A stretch of 64,000 nucleotides of DNA, from positions 1 to 64,000 of the forward strand of contig JAQGDQ010000241.1 of NCBI GenBank assembly GCA_030141605.1, written 5' to 3'. The DNA is from Tubiluchus corallicola (taxonomy: Eukaryota > Animalia > Priapulida). The position numbers were made by a program, and so were the translations under genes. Positions 59,801-64,000 of the stretch are shown in pieces; the stretch's first letter is position 1, and each line of letters opens with the position of its first letter. The notes under the pieces are model-generated. The model was not told where the DNA came from, did not search any database, and saw nothing but the letters and a program-made list of their open reading frames with translations.

Positions 59801-62800
59801 TCCAGAAGACCTTGTCAGAATGGAGGAACGTGCATTGCGAATGGGAGATCATTTACTTGTAATTGCGCTCCGCCTTGGACAGGAGTATTTTGCAATAATG
59901 CAGAACCATGCGCCAATCATCAGTGTGAAAATGGAGCGACATGTGAACCAAATGGATTGTCCTATACTTGCAGGTGTAGAGGCGGTTTTAGTGGACAATT
60001 TTGTGCCACTCTAGATCACCCGTGTGACACTGGAGCCCACCAATGCGCTAATGGTGCTACGTGTTTAAAGAATGGCCAAGACTATAATTGTCAATGTCCA
60101 AACAGATACAGTGGCAGATTATGTCGTAACTTTGCTCATCCTTGCAATTATGCCCCTTGTCAAAATGGTGCGGCTTGTATACAGCAAGGACAAGATTATT
60201 TTTGCATATGTGCGAACGGATTCAGTGGGCCAACATGCGAGTTTGGGACGCACCCATGCGACAGCATTAATGTGCCATGTCAGAACGGGGGCATTTGTCA
60301 CAAAAATGGGTTATCGTACGTCTGTAGATGCCCACAAAGTTACACTGGTCAGAATTGCGAAAATCCTATTGGCAGTGTCTGTGACAGTTTCCCGTGCCTA
60401 AATGGTGGCACGTGCGTGCCAAGTGGATTGAGCTACGTATGTTTCTGTGAAACCACATGGACTGGAGTGAATTGTGAGGACCTCATAGATCCTTGTGCTT
60501 CAAACAGGTGTCAGCAAGGACTGTGTGTACCGGGTGTAAATGCAGCCAGTGGTTATTTTTGCAACTGTGATCAAGGTTACAGCGGACAGTATTGCGATGT
60601 TCTGGTGCAACAGTCTGCATGTTCCAGTAATCCCTGCTTGAATGGTGGCACATGCATTTCAACTTCATTGAACGATTTCAGCTGTGATTGCGCTGCAAAC
60701 TTTGGAGGAAGAACCTGTGAATTAGGTAATGGTATTACTTCTGCAAGAGTAGTTCTAATAGTACTTTTTAATAATCGTATATGATATTTGCTGGCATCGT
60801 CACATTTCGCACTCAACAAGAAGAAGAAACAAAATTTTTGTTGGTATTAGGGTTTGATAGCTCATTCACATGTGCCGTCTGATAAAGTTATAAAATCTTT
60901 AACTAGTAATCTAAGTAATATATTTTAGTCCAGTCTAATTTAATCGACTCTAATTTTAACTAAAAATCACCAGTAGCAATTTGCTCAATTTTTGCTTTTT
61001 TGCATTGCAGCCATTGCAAATCAAAGAGGTTCGCCATGTTCTCCTAACCCTTGCGGCGACGGACGGTGTTTTGGGGATGGACCAGACCGTTACACATGTC
61101 TCTGTAATGACGGTTCTGTTGGTACAAGCTGTGACAGTAAGTATAGTAACTTCCATCACTTTGAGAAGTTTGTTTTTTAATCTATTTTGTAGATTCAAGT
61201 GAGGCAATGCTGATTTGAACTATTCAAAATGCAAGAGTAGACCTATATTGTCATTAGATTAACATTCGTGCAACTTATACTTATCTGATTGTATCTATTT
61301 TTTGCAAAACGTATAGTTACATATGCTGGAGTAGAAAAAAACCAAAAGTTTTAGTTGGCAAACTGAGAATAATCTGGCGGATTGGTTGTTATTTTAAGTT
61401 AAAATTGTGCTGAATTGTTGTAGTTGCAGTTTATACTTGTAATAATCACGCTCTTCATTCTAAAATGGCGTATAATTATCAAAAATTGTGGTGCACAAAT
61501 TTTCTAAGAAGCCTAAGCAGATTTGTCAGAAAATAATTCGTCCATTACATCGTTTTATCCTGAATTTTTTGGGCAGTAAATTGATAATTATAGTATAGTT
61601 TTAGTTTGATGGTAAAGATGTATTCATCCTTAACAAAACCGGCAAATTTATCATACCAAACAATGATTTCTTGTCTTCTTGTAGGATTTGGAAATGTACG
61701 CGCTTCGCCTTGCACTTCTAATCCATGTGGCAGTGGACAATGTGTAGACGATATACATGGACAATATCGGTGTTTGTGTAAGATTTTCAAGAAACATTTA
61801 TTAATTGGAAATAGAGTTAAACACGAGGTTTTTTTAATGTTAGTGTAAAAAACTTGACTTGAAAGATAACAATGCAAGGCAGGCAAATTAGCTCAGCGTC
61901 AGAGAACAGATAGTGCAAAATAATTAACGTTAATTAATCGATTGCTAAAAACTGAGAAACTAGTAGCATCAACTACATGAGCATTTCAGAGCAATCCAAA
62001 TGTTTACAACTCTGTTAACAAGAGAGAATTTTGAGACGTTTAATCTCAAGAAAGACGTAAACAGTTTAAAGTTGTGACCACGCAGATGATTGGCATACTG
62101 AAGCATATAACCTTTATTTCCACTGTTTTGTTAAAAAAATCAGTAATCATATCGTGGAGTCGTGCACCATAACTACCTCTCTCATTTTATTCTGAAATTT
62201 ATGAAGGTTGCAATGTACTGTAGTTAGCCATCTGAACCCTACAATTTGAAATCACAAAACTGATAAGATGAACGTATTTCTGTTTGCAGATGACGTATGC
62301 GCAAGTTCTCCTTGCGTCAATGGGTACTGTCAAAATGCAGGCACTTCATACGCATGCGTGTGTAACGCGGGTTGGACGGGCAAACATTGTGATACAAGTA
62401 AGACGACTGAAACGATTATTTAAAATAACTTCCTAACCAATTATTTTTTCGTTAAACTGAAACTGAAATTTCTTCTGCACATAACTTATGTGTGTCAGAT
62501 ATCAGTACACTAAATCACCTACAACTATAAACGTTAAACTAAATTTAAAAAACTTCCGAACGCCTAAAATTGGTTGTCAATAATCATCAGTAGGATGGAC
62601 TTGGGCTAAGTGAGATTTGTGGGCTCAATTTTCTATATATAAACGGTGATTTATATAACACTTGCTTGTTGTAATGATAATGATTACTGTAACAATAGAA
62701 AAGTTCGACTGTATAGTGTCTCTTTGTAATTCTTAACTTCGGTAAGAATAAACAAAAAGGCAAGCGCCTAAGTTTCATCTTTTTGTAGAACTGTAGCGTT

Positions 62801-63334
62801 TCTGTTTTAGTGCTTTTACGGTCATCAAACAAATCTGATGTTATGTACCGGTACCAGAAAATTTAGGTGCAATTGTTTGCTTTTTCATGTCGTGGTACAT
62901 GGCTTCATATTTACCTGGTGATAGCTATGGCACTAAAGCAGTCATCAGAAAAACCTGAAGCTTTGTACCAGTACTAGGAAATTCGAGTGCAACTGCTTGA
63001 ATTTCCGGATAGCTTCATATTTGCCTAGTGACGTGTATAGCAATACAGTAGAGACGTTACAGTTTTCAATAAAGATTTTTTCAAAACTAGCTTTGGCGGG
63101 TGCCTTTTTCTTTACCTTCAAATTAGTTTGCGTCATTTAAAAAATGTAGAATTCCAGTTCTTTGATTTAAAATAATTTTTTACGCAGGTTTATCGATAAG
63201 AGATTCTTGCTCTAACTATCGATGCGTTAGAGGGTACTGTGAGGATTCTTACTCTTCACCGAAATGCAATTGTTATTCTGGTTGGACAGGACAACATTGT
63301 GATGAACCTATAGCTAGGCCACCTAGCAACCAAC
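56826..63334 (+). CDS. Secreted somatomedin-B-like + multi-EGF protein (paralog 2), 3'-incomplete in this window
   Basis: Exons 56826-57042, 58032-58145, 59412-60725 (11 EGF), 61011-61136, 61685-61777 (truncated EGF), 62290-62397 and 63188-63334; all phase 1. No stop is reached within the window; non-coding exon donor at 55747. Confidence 0.88.
59090..59258. repeat. (CA)n/(CG) compound microsatellite
   Basis: Visible repeat; artificially extends ORF 59132-60784 upstream of the true acceptor at 59411. Confidence 0.95.
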
Positions 63335-64000
63335 GTAAATTCAATTCTATTCAATTTCTTTTTCTCATTCACAGCATTTTAGACTATTACATTAACTTAA
63401 ATAATGTGACTACAGTGTAACTGTAGTCGTTATGCTTACAATAAGATTTACTATTATTCGTTATTGTGCGTAAACATTAGAGAGACAGAAAGGTAAACCA
63501 CAACTTGATGTTTATTGTTTCGCATCACTCTCTAAAGTTTTTGCAAAGTAGTTGAGGAGGCTAATCAAAGGGGCTAAACAAAATACTCCTCAGTTGCGTC
63601 AGAGTTTTATTGAGGTTCTAACGTCATTAACGTCTGATTTTCGAAGAAAAACTGGTCAATTTTTTCGTGAACAAGTTACCCAAAGGGTGGATTGTTGTGA
63701 AGGTGTCCATGCGAGCAAGGGTTCAAATATGGGTCATGCAAACCATGTTACTCATACATGTTGTGGTTGAGAAATTGACTCAGAAATGCAAAAAGCTAAA
63801 CAGAAAATGAAAGTAAAAACTAGCCAGAATGTGTTCTGCATTCTTCATGCTGATCAAAATTACGGACAAGTGCTTAAAGGGTACACGTTTTTAGTCTGTT
63901 TACTGAACGGACGAGACCTTCCATACTAGGTACCTATAGCTGCTATGCAATGGCTTCGCACTTCAGTACTGCTTTCAAGTCGCTAGACAAATATGTAGTT

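Overview
AT-rich, intron-containing animal genomic DNA; the gene content suggests a marine invertebrate, but the taxon cannot be fixed from the sequence. Housekeeping or known-family genes: 7-exon CHMP2B (11057-16037), an intronless rhodopsin-class GPCR (22090-23160), intronless ABT1/ESF2 (34992-35732) and a CYSTM-module gene on the minus strand (38714-40070). They are interleaved with predicted secreted structural-protein genes. (i) At 2.8-9.5 kb, one signal-peptide exon is followed by three in-frame, stop-containing Gly/His/Tyr-rich exons that look like alternative terminal exons. All three carry a conserved ~40-aa non-repetitive core, which is protein-identical in two of them although 22 of 40 codons differ synonymously. 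(ii) A 420-aa Gly/Tyr/His/Ser block protein (28512-34278) has the same split-signal-peptide architecture. (iii) Two tandem paralogous somatomedin-B + multi-EGF genes lie at 45860-53554 and from 56826 to beyond the window end. The rest is microsatellites, MITE-like elements and SINE/LINE remnants. Gene models were spliced by hand from GT-AG sites and reading frame; no database searches were run.
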